This document shows, one piece after another, positions 53,051-64,000 of a stretch of DNA of 64,000 bases. Within the stretch, counting starts at the first letter, position 1. Every line of letters begins with the position of its first letter. The notes beneath the pieces are model-generated. The model made no database searches. It saw only the letters and a program-made list of their open reading frames with translations, and was not told where the DNA came from. Made by a program: the position numbers and the translations under genes. This DNA is from Squalus acanthias (lineage: Eukaryota), in the NCBI GenBank assembly GCA_030390025.1, contig CM059432.1, forward strand, positions 3,410,001 to 3,474,000, given 5' to 3'.

Positions 53051-53957
53051 GCTCTGAAAATCAAGAAGTAGAATCAGTTTGGGTGGAGCTAAGAAACAGC
53101 AAGAGGCAGAAAACATTGGTGGGAGTTATTTATAGGCCCTCAAACAGTAGTTGTAATGTAGGGCCGAGTATAAATCAGGAAATTAGAGGCGCATATAACA
53201 AGGGTAATACAGTGATCATGGGGGACTTTAATCTACATATAGACTGGGCTAACCAAATTTGCAGTAATAGTGTGGAGGACCAGTTCAGTATGTTGAGAAA
53301 CTAACTAAGGAACAGGCGATTTCAGATCCAGTATTGTGCAATGAGAAAGGGTTAATTAATAACCTTGTAGTAAAGGGGCCTTTAGGGAAGAGTGACCATC
53401 GTATGATAGAATTTTATATTGAGTTTGAAAGTGATTTAGTTAAGTCCGAAACTAGGGTCTTAAACCTAAACAAAGCAAATTACGTAGGTATGAGGGGCGA
53501 GTTGGCTACGGTAGATTGGGAAACTACATTAAAAGGTATGACAGTAGACAAGCAATGGCTAGCATTTAAAGAATTGATACATAATTTATAACAAATATAC
53601 ATTCCTTTAAGGCACAAAAATCCCACAGGAAAAGTGGTCCAACCGTGGCTAACAAGAGAAGTTAAAGATAGTATTAGATCAAAGGAAGAGGCTTATAATG
53701 TTGCCAAAAAGAGTAGTAAGCCTGAGGATTGAGAGGATTTTAGAATTCAGCAAAGGAGGACCAAGAAATTGATAAAGAAAGGGAAAATAGAATATGAGAG
53801 TAGACTAGTGAGAGACATAAAAACAGACTGTAAAAGCTTCTATAGGCATGTAAAAAGGAAAAGATTAGCAAAAGTAAATGTGGGTCCCTTACAGACTGAG
53901 ACAGGAGAAATAATAGTGGGGAATAAGGAAATGGCAGTGAAATTAAACAAATACTTT

Positions 53958-54835
53958 GGCCGCGATCTTACCTTTCAGTGTGAGCTGGGAGCGGGACTGC
54001 TGCCTTCAGGGTTCCGATCCCGCTCCCAACAACGTCCAACACAAAGGCGCTATTTTGCGTCAATTGGCCTTGTTAACCCCGCCCTGCGGGCTTGTCGGAC
54101 AATTAAGAGAAAGCTGGTGTCAGATGACGTCAGTTGATGACGCGTAATCTGCCGATTTTCTTAAAGGGGCCACGCACATTTTTTTTTGACAGCTGATTTT
54201 TCAGTGTTTGACAGCATTGAGGTGCTGCAAACACTGACAATCACTGTACAAAGGTGAGCCCTTGCACCCAAACCCTCCAGTGACTCTCTCTTTAGGATAA
54301 AACAGATGGCAGCTGCAGGTGAGGTTACAGAGGCAATCTGTCACTGGTGAGAGAGGTTCTCCCAATGAGCTGGGACTACACAAACACTTCAAACCTTGTT
54401 ACCTACAGAAAAAGTCTAAATACATTAAAAAAGATTTCCCCAACATTTTCTTACCTCTGAAACTCACCAGTGTACCAGTGGATCCTCCACACCACTTCTG
54501 CAGCTGTCATCAATGCAGAAACACGACAGTAGACCCACAACACGCCACACTTACCCGGCATGGTGTCCGGACGTCGGGAAGCCCGCAGTCCTCCTGTCAA
54601 AATTGAAAAAAGCCTCTTAACTGCCTGTTAACTACCTGTTAACAAGCAGTTAAGTGCCTATAATCCTCTTCCCACCGCTAGGTGTCGGGTCCCTGCGCAA
54701 ATCGGGGACCCGACACTTGGGAAGATTGTATGGAGGCGGGTTGACAGCGGGTTTGGGACCCGCTGTCAATCTTTGCAATTTTGCCGGATGTCCCGCCTCC
54801 AAACCCGCCCCCTGAGTGCCGGCAAAATTCCCCCC
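53958..54835. mobile_element. Harbinger-like TIR element, family Y copy D, inserted in CR1 ORF2
   Basis: The CR1 reads aaatacttt|...|attgtgtctgtc (3-bp TSD ttt/att). Homologous, in inverted orientation, to 58871-59709. Confidence 0.75.
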
Positions 54836-56389
54836 ATTGTGTCTGTCTTCACGGAACAAGGCGCAAAAAAACCTCCCGGAAATAGTGGAGAACCAAGGGT
54901 CTAGCGAGAATGAGGAATTGAAAGAAATTAGTACTGGTAAAAAAATAGCACTGGATAAATTAATGGGACGGAATGCCGATAAATCCCCTGGACCTGAAGG
55001 CCTACATCCTAAGCTTTTGAAAGAGGTGGCTATAGAGATAGTGGATGCGTTGGTTGTCATTTTCCAAAATTCCATAGATTCTGGAACGGTTCCTGCGGAT
55101 TGGAAGGTAGCAAATGTAACCCCACTATTTAAGAAAGGAGGGAGAGAGAAAATGGGGAACTACAGACAAATTAGCCTGACATCAATAGTCGGGAAAATGC
55201 TGGAGTCTATTATTAAGGACGTGGTAACAGGGCACTTAGAAAATAATAATAGGATTGGGGAGAGTCAACACAGATTTATGAAAGGGAAATCATGTTTGAC
55301 AAATCTGTTAAAGGTTTTTGAGGTTGTAACTAGCAGAATAGATAAGGGGGAACCAGTGGATGTGGTCTATTTAGATTTTCAGAAGGCATTCGATAAGGTG
55401 CCACACAAGAGGTTATTAAACAAAATTAGGGCTCATGGGATTGGGGGTAATATACTAGCATGGACTGAGGATTGGTTAATGGACAGAAAACAGAGAGTAG
55501 GAATAAACAGGGTCATTTTTGGGTTGGCAGGCTGTAACTAGTGGGGTACCACAAGGATCAGTGCTTGGGCCTCAGCTATTCACAATCTACATCAATGATT
55601 TGGATGAGGGGACCAAATGTAATATATCCAAGTTTGCTGATGATACAAAGCTGGGTGGAAATGTAAGTTATGAGGAGGATGCAAGGAGGCTTCAAGGGGA
55701 TATGGACAGGCTAAGTGAGTGGGCAAGAACATGGCAAATGGAATATAATGTGGAAAAATGTGAAGTTATCCACTTTGGTAGGAAAAATAGAAAAGCAGAG
55801 TATTTTTTAAATGGTGAGAGATTGGGAAATGTTGGTGTTCAGAGGGACCTGGGTGTCCTTGTACACAAATCACTAAGCTAACATGCAGGTACAGCAAGCA
55901 ATTAGGAAAGCAAATGGATTATTACAATAGGATTTGAATATAAGAGTAAAGACGTCTTACTGCAATTATATAGGGCCCTGGTGAGACCACACCTGGAGTA
56001 TTGTGTACAGTTTTGGTCTCCTTATCTAAGGAAGCATATACTTGCCATAGAGGGAGTGCAACGAAGATTCACCAGACTGGTTCCTGGGATGGGGGGATTG
56101 TCCTATGAGAAGAGATTGAGTAGACTAGGCCTATATTCTCTGGAATTTAGAAGAATGAGAGGTGATCTCATTGAAACATACAAAATTCTTACAGGGCTTG
56201 ACAGGGTAGATGCAGGGAGGATGTTTCCCCTGGCTGGAGAGTCTAGAACCAGGGGTCACAGTCTCAGAATAAGGGGTCAGCCATTTAGGACTGAAATGAG
56301 GAGAAATTTCTTCACTAAGAGGGTGGTGAATCTTTGGAATTCTCTACCCCAGAGGACTGTGGAGGCTCAGTCGTTGAGTATATTGAGTC

Positions 56390-56762
56390 AGTGTGTACCA
56401 TCTACAAGATGCACTGCATCAACTCGCCAAGGCTTCTTCGGCAGCCCCTCCCAAATCTGCGACCTCTTTCACCTAGAAGAACAAGGGCAGCAGGCGCATG
56501 GGAACACCACCACCTCCAAGTTCCCCTCCAAGTCACACACCATCCTGACATAGAAATATATCGGCCGTTCCTTCATCGTCGCTGGGTCAAAATCCTGGAA
56601 CTCCCTCCCTAACAGCACTGTGGGAGCACCTTCACCACACGGACTGCAGCAGTTCAAGAAGGTGACTCACCACCACCTTCTCAAGGGCAATTAGAGATGG
56701 GCAATAAATGCTGGCCTTGCCAGCGACGCCCACATCACATAAACGAATAAAACATTTTTTTT
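56390..56762 (+). mobile_element. Family-B LINE 3' end nested in the CR1 3' region
   Basis: Matches 60165-60527. Confidence 0.85.
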
Positions 56763-56939
56763 TTAAGTATATTCAAGACAGAGATCGATAGATTTTTGAA
56801 TATTCAGGAAATCAAGGGATATGGGGATAGTGCAGGAAAGTGGAGGTGAGGTAGAAGATCAGCCATGATCTTATTGAATGGCGGAGCAGGCTCGAGGGGC
56901 TGAATGGCCGACTCCTGCTCCTATTTCTTATGTTCTTTT

Positions 56940-57805
56940 TATAGGAAGGATGTGATCGCAGTAGAGAGGGTACAGAGGAGAGGTACGAGGATGTTGCCAG
57001 GACTGGAGAATTTTAGCTATGAGGAAAGATTGGATAGGCTGGAACAGAGGAGGCTGAAGGGAGACTTAATTGAGGTGTATAAAATTATGAAGGGCCTAGA
57101 CAGAGTAGATAGGAAGGACCTATTTCCCTTAGAGACGTCAATAACCAGGGAGCATAGATTTAAAATAATTGGTAGAACGATTAGAGGGGAGTTGAGGAGA
57201 ACTTTTTTCACCCAGAGGGTGGTGGGGATCTGGAACTCACTGCTGGAAAGGTAGGAACATAGGAACAGGAGGAGGCCATTCAGCCCCTCGAGCCCGTTCC
57301 AACATTCAATTAGATCATGGCTGATCTGTATCTTAACTCCATCTACCCACCTTGGTTCCGTAACCCTTAATACCCTTGCCTAACAAAAATCTATCAATCT
57401 CAGTTTAATTTGAAGAAAGACTTGCATTTATATAGCACCTTTCACAACATCCCAAAGTGCTTGACAGCCAATGAAGTAATTTTGGAGCATAGTCACTGTT
57501 GTAATGTAGGAAACACAGCAGCCAATTTGCACACAGCAAGCTCCCACAAACAGCAATGTGATAATGATGAGATAATCTGTTTACTAGTCATGCTGATTGA
57601 GGGATAAATATTGACCAGGACACCTACTCTTCTTCAAAATAATGCTGTGGGATTTTTTTCTTCCACATGAGGGGGCAGAAGAGGCCTCAGTTTAACGTCT
57701 CATCCGAAAGACGGCACCTCCGACAGTGCAGCACTCCCTCAGCACTGCACTGGGAGTGTCAGCCTAGATTTTTTGTGCTCAAGTCTCTGGAGTGGGACTT
57801 GAACC
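56940..57805. mobile_element. CR1 fragments (+ 56940-57255; - 57255-57405) and DeuSINE (- 57412-57805)
   Basis: ORF 56904-57254 CR1 motifs; Deu core. Confidence 0.75.
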
Positions 57806-58870
57806 TTCTAATGTAGGATTAGGATCAGTTAAAAGTTTTGGTTTTAGCTTGCCTATTTAAGTGACCTTCACTGTCAGAAGTATTCTTTCGTCTTCCTGCT
57901 AATTTTGTCAAACTGCGTCTGAAAAGAAGAAATAACATTCTCTCCAGTTAATTGTTGGTCACCTAATTGGCAAAAATTAGCCAACTGACAATTTTTAGTT
58001 GGACTTCCATTTTATTACTTCTTTTTATCAGTGGAAACTGTCAGCCTGTGAGAGAGCTCCAATTAGCAGGGTTCGAGCGGACTAAAGCACAGCTACCTAT
58101 TATTTTAATTTAATAACACTTGTTAATAATACTCATCTTATCCTTTTTTAAAAAGACATTTAATTTAAACACACGATAGCAAATCTTACAAGGGATATTT
58201 AAGACTCTTCATTTTTTTTAAGCAATTTTTTTCAAGTGGTGGGAAAAGTGCAATTATATTGTGACAAGTTTACATGTCAGAATTCCCATTAGAATTGCAG
58301 ACATTAGCAATTAAAATGGAAGGAATCGTTAATACAGAAAGTGTGCCAAGACATAAGATTTTTAATACATCATAGACTGATACAGCACTGAAGGACATTC
58401 GGCCCATCGTGCCTGTGCCGGCTCTTTGAAAGAGCTCTCCAATTAGACCCACTCCCTCTGCTCTGTCCCTGTAGCCCTGCTCCTGCCACTTTGAAACACA
58501 GCATAACATAAGAACATAAGAAATAGGAGCAGGAGTAGGCCATTCGGCCCTTCGAGCCTGCTCCGCCATTCAATGAGATCATGGCTGATCTTCTGCCTCA
58601 ACTCCATTCACCGGCCATATCGCCATATCCCTCGATGCCCTTACTTGATAACACTTTTGAAAGTCACTATTGAATTTGCTTCCACCACCCTTTCAGGCAG
58701 TGCATATCTCATATATATTTTTTTCTTTCTCTCCTTTTACTGCCACTTAGTTCCTTCCTGAGGCATGGTTGGGATATGCTCACAAGTAGCCATTCTTCAT
58801 AAAAACAGAAAATGCTGGAAATACTCAGCCGGTCGGGCAGCATCTGTGGAGAGAGAGAAACAGAGTTAAC

Positions 58871-59709
58871 GGGCAGAATTTTCACTGACCCGTGGAGGCG
58901 GGTTTGGAGGCGTGTGGGGTGGGAAAATAGCAGATTCCCGAACCCATCCCGCCCCCAACCCGCCTCCTATGCCAGTTTCCCAGGAGGTGAGTACCCGACC
59001 TGTGCTGGGACCCGCCTCCCCGAGGCGGGAAGGGGATTTAGTGCCAATAAACTGCCTGTTAACAGGTAGTTAACAGGCAGTTTTTTGCCTAATCCCTATT
59101 TTTAGCCCTGAAGTGTGGGCTTCCCGACAGGTCCGAACCACGCCGATTTAGCGAGGCGGACCGTTGGTCTGGAAGGCTTGGAGGGGTCGAGATGTCCGGT
59201 GTGCAGGTGAGTGATGGGTGCATGAGTGCAGAGGTAAGTGTGTTTGGTGTGTGTAAAGTGTTTTAAGAACTTTTACTTACCTTAACTTTGTCCTCCAGGC
59301 TTCCTCCCTTCAGTTCTCGGGAGTCCCTCAGCTCACCAGCACAGAAAGCAGAATGGCCGCGGAGCTGTCAAAAGCTGCAGTCTCTGCTTTCTGTGCTGGA
59401 TTGATTTCTAACTGAGTCTAAGTACAGGGACTCAAGTTAGAAATCATATTGTCAGTGTTTGACAGCTTCACAGAGCTGTCAAACGCTGAAATTTCATCTG
59501 TCAAAAGCTCTTGACAGATGAAATTTCAATGGCTGACGTTACCTGTATCCAAGGGACCCTTGATTGGCCTGCTGAGCCCGCTGGGCGGGCTTAACAAGGT
59601 CAATCAAGGGAAAATACAGTGGGTTGGCCACAAGTTGATGGAGGCGGGACTACAACCCAAAAAGTGGGAGTCCCGCCTCCATCACGTCCCCATTGACAAA
59701 ATCCAGCCC
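58871..59709. mobile_element. Harbinger-like TIR element, family Y copy C
   Basis: TIR GGGCAGAATTTT/AAAATCCAGCCC, exact 3-bp TSD AAC, several internal palindromes. Confidence 0.85.
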
Positions 59710-59771
59710 AACGTTTCAGGTCGGTGACCTTTCGTCAGAACTGGAAGAGGTTAGAGTATTAACAGTTTATA

Positions 59772-60527
59772 ATGACTATCTCCAACAAGCGAGAGTCTAA
59801 CCACCGGCCCTTGACATTCAACGGCATTACCATCGCTGAATCCCCCACCATCAACATCCTGGGGGGGTCACCATTGACCAGAAATTTAACTGGACCAGCC
59901 ACATAAATACTATGGCTACAAGAGCAGATCAGAGGCTAGGTATTCTGTGGCAAGTGTCTCACCTCCTGACTCCCCAAAGCCTTTCCACCACCTACAAGGC
60001 ACAAGTAAGGAGTGTGATGGGATACTCTCCACTTGCCTGGATGAGTGCAGCTCCAACAACACTCAAGAAGCTCGACATCATCCAGGACAAAGTAGCCCAC
60101 TTGATTGGCACCCAATCCACCACCTTAAACATTCACTCCCTCCACCACCGGTGTACCGTGGCTACAATGTGTACCATCTACAAGATGCACTGCAGCAACT
60201 CGCCAAGGCTTCTTCGGCAGCACCTCCCAAACCCGCGACCTCTACCACCTAGAAGGACAAGGGCAGCAGGCGCACGGGAACACCACCACCTCCAAGTTCC
60301 CCTCCAAGTCACACACCATCCTGACTTGGAAGTATATCGCCGATCCTTCATCGTCGCTGGGTCAAAATCCTGGAACTCCCTCCCTAACAGCACTGAGGGA
60401 GTACCTTCACCACACGGACTGCAGCGGTTCAAGAAGGCAGCTCACCACCACCTTCTCAAGGGCAATTAGGGATGGGCAATAAATGCTGGCCTTGCCAGCG
60501 ACGCCCAGATCCCATGAACAAATAAAA
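59772..60527 (+). mobile_element. CR1/L2-group LINE family B, 3' 750 bp
   Basis: ORF 59912-60469: YKAQVRSVMGYSPLAWMSAAPTTLKKLDIIQDK...SWNSLP; poly(A) signal and tail. Confidence 0.85.
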
Positions 60528-61218
60528 TTTTAAGCAATTGCAGAGCTAAGGAAAAGGGTGGGGGAGGTGCGGGCGTGGGGAGGAGATGGGGTGAGGGAGG
60601 GAATAACAAAAGGCAAGTTCTGACGTAAAGTCACCAACCAGAAACGTTGGGCTGAATTTTCCGGGGAGGTAGATGGCAGGATCAGTGGCAGGTCGGGTGG
60701 GAAAGTTGGTTTTTTTGACAGCGGGTTAAGAGCCTTTTCCCCCCTACTTTTTAAATTTCCCTGCATGGCCATGGGATTCACACAGCTCGGGAACCCCGTC
60801 TGTCAACCTGAGGCGTGAGTTCAGTGGCCATTGCTCCAGCTGATTACTTGACAGCATGGAAAACAAACCAAAATAAAAACATGTTGATCACATCAGCTAA
60901 CAGATTGATGGAGATTCTGTTCTACTTGAAAAGCTACTGGTAAATGTTAATTTTTCACTGTCCATTCTCGGCTGTTGTCTTCCAACAGGACAGTCATTGC
61001 AGTGAATTGATCTGCGCTATAAAAAGATGACACATACCATTTAAATAAACATTTGTGTTGTTTCTGGTCAGGTTTTTGTCACAGTATACTGTGATTGTCC
61101 AGTTACACATAAATCAAGTCATCAACCGTAACAATTTCGTTCTCATCACTCATTCCACTGGTTCAATTTGCTCTCAGTCCCTGAATATAACTAATTTAAT
61201 TTTTCAGTCTGAGACTTT

Positions 61219-61376
61219 AGGGTGAATTTCTGCAGAGGTTCTCTCACTTGTCCATTGTTAACTTCAACGGGAGAGCTGCATAAATCCCAGAAACACATTG
61301 CAAGCACCATTTACACTGTTTGTCAGGGATTCCGCAGCTCTTCTGCTGAACTTGCGTAAGGTCGTAAATCCACCCC
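61219..61376. mobile_element. 158-bp palindromic MITE
   Basis: TIR AGGGTGAATTT/AAATCCACCCC, TTT on both flanks, internal inverted repeat gagagctgc..aaatccc/gggatt..gcagctctt. Confidence 0.55.
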
Positions 61377-61446
61377 TTTACAATTGCATTTAAAATCTGC
61401 TTAATTTTATGTATTACCTATACACACACATCTTATATTTGTACCA

Positions 61447-61674
61447 ACAACAGAAAGCGCTGGAAAAACTCAGCAGGCCAGGCAACATCCGTGGAGAGAG
61501 AAACAGAGTTAACGTTTCAGGTCGAAGACCCTTCGTCAGAACAGTTCTGACGAAGGGTCTTCATCCTGAAACGCTAACTCTGTTTTGCTCTCCACGGATA
61601 TTGCCTGGCCTGCTGAGTTTTTCCAGCGCTTTTTGTTGTTATTTCAGTTTTCCAGCATCCGCAGTATTTTGCTA
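61447..61674. mobile_element. Palindromic Penelope pLTR remnant with two back-to-back HHRs
   Basis: Inverted arms of about 95 bp centred at 61542; perfect 14-bp flanking direct repeat ttatatttgtacca. Confidence 0.85.
61506..61541 (-). ncRNA. Minimal type I hammerhead ribozyme motif, intact core (family 1)
   Basis: guu-CUGACGA-a-GGGUC-uuc-GACCU-GAAA-C-GUU-aac. Stem I guu/aac, stem II, palindromic stem III ACGU, NUH = GUU. Confidence 0.75.
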
Positions 61675-61989
61675 TTATATTTGTACCAGTTACTGATACA
61701 AAAGTCTACAGATTTGTGACTAAAGCACCAATAACTTCCCAATTAATGTACTTTTTAAATTATGTTCTTGATCGTGTTTGTAGATGGAGTCATATTACTG
61801 AATGATAATTTTATTTAAAGATTTGTTTGTCACTCATATATAACTTTTATTATGTTATTGTACAGTAAAGATTCAACACCCACTATGTTAGATTAAACTT
61901 AAAATGCAATGTGGCCATGGTCCCTTTAAAGATCCCGACTTAATACTTAAAACCCTTAAAACTCCTGCTCCTATTTCTTATGTTCTTAT

Positions 61990-62749
61990 GGCCCAGAAAT
62001 TCGGGTTGGAGGATTCCCGCGGGCGCAAGCCCCCAACCTGCACTTACATAGCACGCCTGCCGTTGTGATGTGGACCTGCGTGGGATTCGGATCCTGGGCC
62101 TCCTCCAGCTGCCGGCGCGCAGTGCTCGCGTATCCCAGTGGCGAAGCTAGTTCGCAGCGTCCCCTGGGATCACGTGGGCCATGGGGAGCCAATCGGAGCA
62201 GGGAATCTCCATTCATAGATTTGACAGGAAGACCTGTCAAATCTATGAATAGAGATCGGCCCCAAAACCCAAGTAAAACTTCAAATACATTAAAAAAAAA
62301 AATCACATTTTTAAAATAACTATAAATTACACAAATTAACTATTTTAAACAAAAATTTAAATTTTTGAAAAAATTAATTAAAGTTTTTAACGGGGCTAAA
62401 AATAAACTTACCTTTCTTTAAAGTATTTAAAAATGATAAACCTGTGGAAAAAATGTTTCAATTTTACTTAATTCACCTCTTACCTTGTTAAAGGCAGGCC
62501 TTGCGCCTGCTTTTTCCCCGCGCAGCTGCTAGGGACTTACCCACACGGAGAAACCTGTAAAACAAGCGAAAGTTCCAGGTCTACGCGCTGCCTCTCCGGC
62601 GCACGTGTTTGACCCGCGAACCCCTTCCTTCAAGGGAACGGAAGTTCCGGTTTCCAGCGCATGCGCAGTGCATGCGCGAAACCGGCACTTTCGTTGGCCT
62701 TACGGGTGAGTACACAGCGCGTACTCACCCGTGGGGACCCGAATTTCTG
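61990..62749. mobile_element. Harbinger-like TIR element, family X copy B
   Basis: TIR CAGAAATTCGGGT/ACCCGAATTTCTG; TAT on both flanks, within a CR1 (tatgttct)n tail. Confidence 0.75.
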
Positions 62750-63499
62750 TATGTTCTTATGAATGACATCACCAGACCCGCTCCACCTCATTGGGCTGGG
62801 TAACGCGCTGGGCGGGCTTAATAGGCCCCATTAAGGTAAGTTCATTTTGTACAGCGTGATGGAGCCAGCAGCGGGGTCGCGTCCCGCCATAGACACCGGC
62901 CACACCAGACCCGCCCAGGTAAGGAAAATTCCTGCCGTTAGCTCTGTTTCTCTCTCCGCGGACGCTGCCCGACCTGCCGAGCGTCTCCAGCATTTTCTGT
63001 TTCTGATTTCGGATTTCCAGCCTCGGCAGTATTTTGCTTTCATGTGTGAGCCTAGACTGAGGGCTTTTAACCATTGGATGATATCACAACCGAGGCCAAA
63101 CAGGGTTACGGACAAAAGAAGCGGGACTAAAGCACGACGGCTCTTGCAGAGAGCCGGCACGGGCACGACGGGCCGAATGGCCTCCTTCTGTGCTGTAAGT
63201 TTCTGTCATTCTACGATAACCCGATGTCACACATGCACGCTTTCCCCCCCACTACCTAAACCTCAATTTGCAGTTCTGCTAAACCCCCCCCACCCCCAAA
63301 CCTCCTTATGTTGGCCTTTTCGCTAAAATAAACATGTGTATAACCATTTTGAGATGAGGCCTGAACTTATTTCAGGTGGCCACCAGGGGCACCCTAACAA
63401 AAAAAAAAGGACCCTGACTAATTCAGCAGTGGGCCCGGCTAAATTAATTAGATATCTAATGCAAATGAAGCAGCATTGTGTAATTAGCTTTGCTAGAGT

Positions 63500-63785
63500 T
63501 ATCTTGTGGGGGAGACCAAAACTAGGGGCCATCGATACAAGCTAGTAAATCCAATAGGGAATTCAGGAGAAACTTCTTTACCCAGAGTGTGGAACTCGCT
63601 ACCACAGGGAGTGGTTGAGGCGAATAGCAGAGATGCATTTAAGGGGAAGCTGGATAAACACATGAGGGAGAAAGGAATAGAAGGTTATGCTGATGGGTTG
63701 AGATGAAGTAGGGTGGGAGGAGGCTCGTGTGGAGCATAAACACCGGCACGGACCAGTTAGGCCGAATGACCTGTTTCTGCTCTTA
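63500..63785 (+). mobile_element. CR1 3' end
   Basis: GETKTRGHRYK...VWNSLPQGVVEANS. Confidence 0.8.
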
Positions 63786-64000
63786 TAAAATGCCAATTAG
63801 GTTGACCCAGGTGTCATCAATAGAAATCAAATTAACAAAAGTGCCCTTTTTTTTTAAAGGGGCACAAACCAATAAACTCCAAGTTATAAGTAAAACAAAA
63901 GGAAACTAATCAAATTAACGTATGATGTTGTTCCTGGTGTCGACTATGCCCGCCAATCCCTCCGGTGCCCACCGGTCGCGGAAGGCCTCGGCTGTACTGG

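Larger units (their letters stand above)
49330..56935 (+). mobile_element. Near full-length CR1 LINE (ORF1 SGNH esterase remnant, ORF2 APE endonuclease and RT), disrupted by stops, frameshifts and nested insertions
   Basis: VVVHVGTNDI and DGLHLN (esterase); YLNVRSI, IAITETWL, GVIYRP, MGDFNL, SDH (endonuclease); [14 protein letters not shown] (RT); 3' tail at about 56930. Confidence 0.92.
60649..62936. mobile_element. Harbinger-like family Y element E (left end 60649-about 60830, right end about 62770-62936)
   Basis: TIR GGGCTGAATTTTCC/GGAAAATTCCTGCC with TSD GTT. The right end shares CGCTGGGCGGGCTTAA with copy C, and the left end shares ttgacagcgggt with copy D. Confidence 0.6.
58801..63040. 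mobile_element. Inverted Penelope-like pLTR remnant (minus arm about 58801-60612, plus arm about 60615-63040), expanded by nested insertions
   Basis: Arm pieces 58801-58870, 59710-59770, 60530-60612 (minus) and 60615-60648, 62937-63040 (plus) match the pLTR at 47540-47740. Confidence 0.7.

Overview
Vertebrate genomic DNA, most likely a cartilaginous fish (shark), judged from the repeat families. It is mostly intronic or intergenic and dominated by nested transposons: CR1 LINEs (one near full-length with ORF1 esterase and ORF2 EN/RT), L2 LINEs, a second CR1/L2-group LINE, tRNA-headed DeuSINEs (SacSINE1-like), a V-SINE (HE1-like), a solo LTR, hAT and Tc1/mariner-type elements, Penelope-like remnants carrying minimal hammerhead ribozymes (HHRs), and GC-rich 3-bp-TSD (PIF/Harbinger-like) elements. 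No intact host protein-coding exon is recognisable. One probable non-coding exon (5374-5446, minus) and repeat-free stretches in the first 23 kb suggest the 5' region of an unidentified minus-strand gene. A 500-N gap lies at 22965-23464. Two signals stand out. (1) Both arms of an inverted Penelope remnant carry Harbinger-like insertions that duplicate exactly the HHR cleavage triplet GTT. (2) A Harbinger-like family has internal hairpins that differ in sequence between copies yet stay perfectly paired. Family names come from recognition, not database searches, and most repeat boundaries are approximate.
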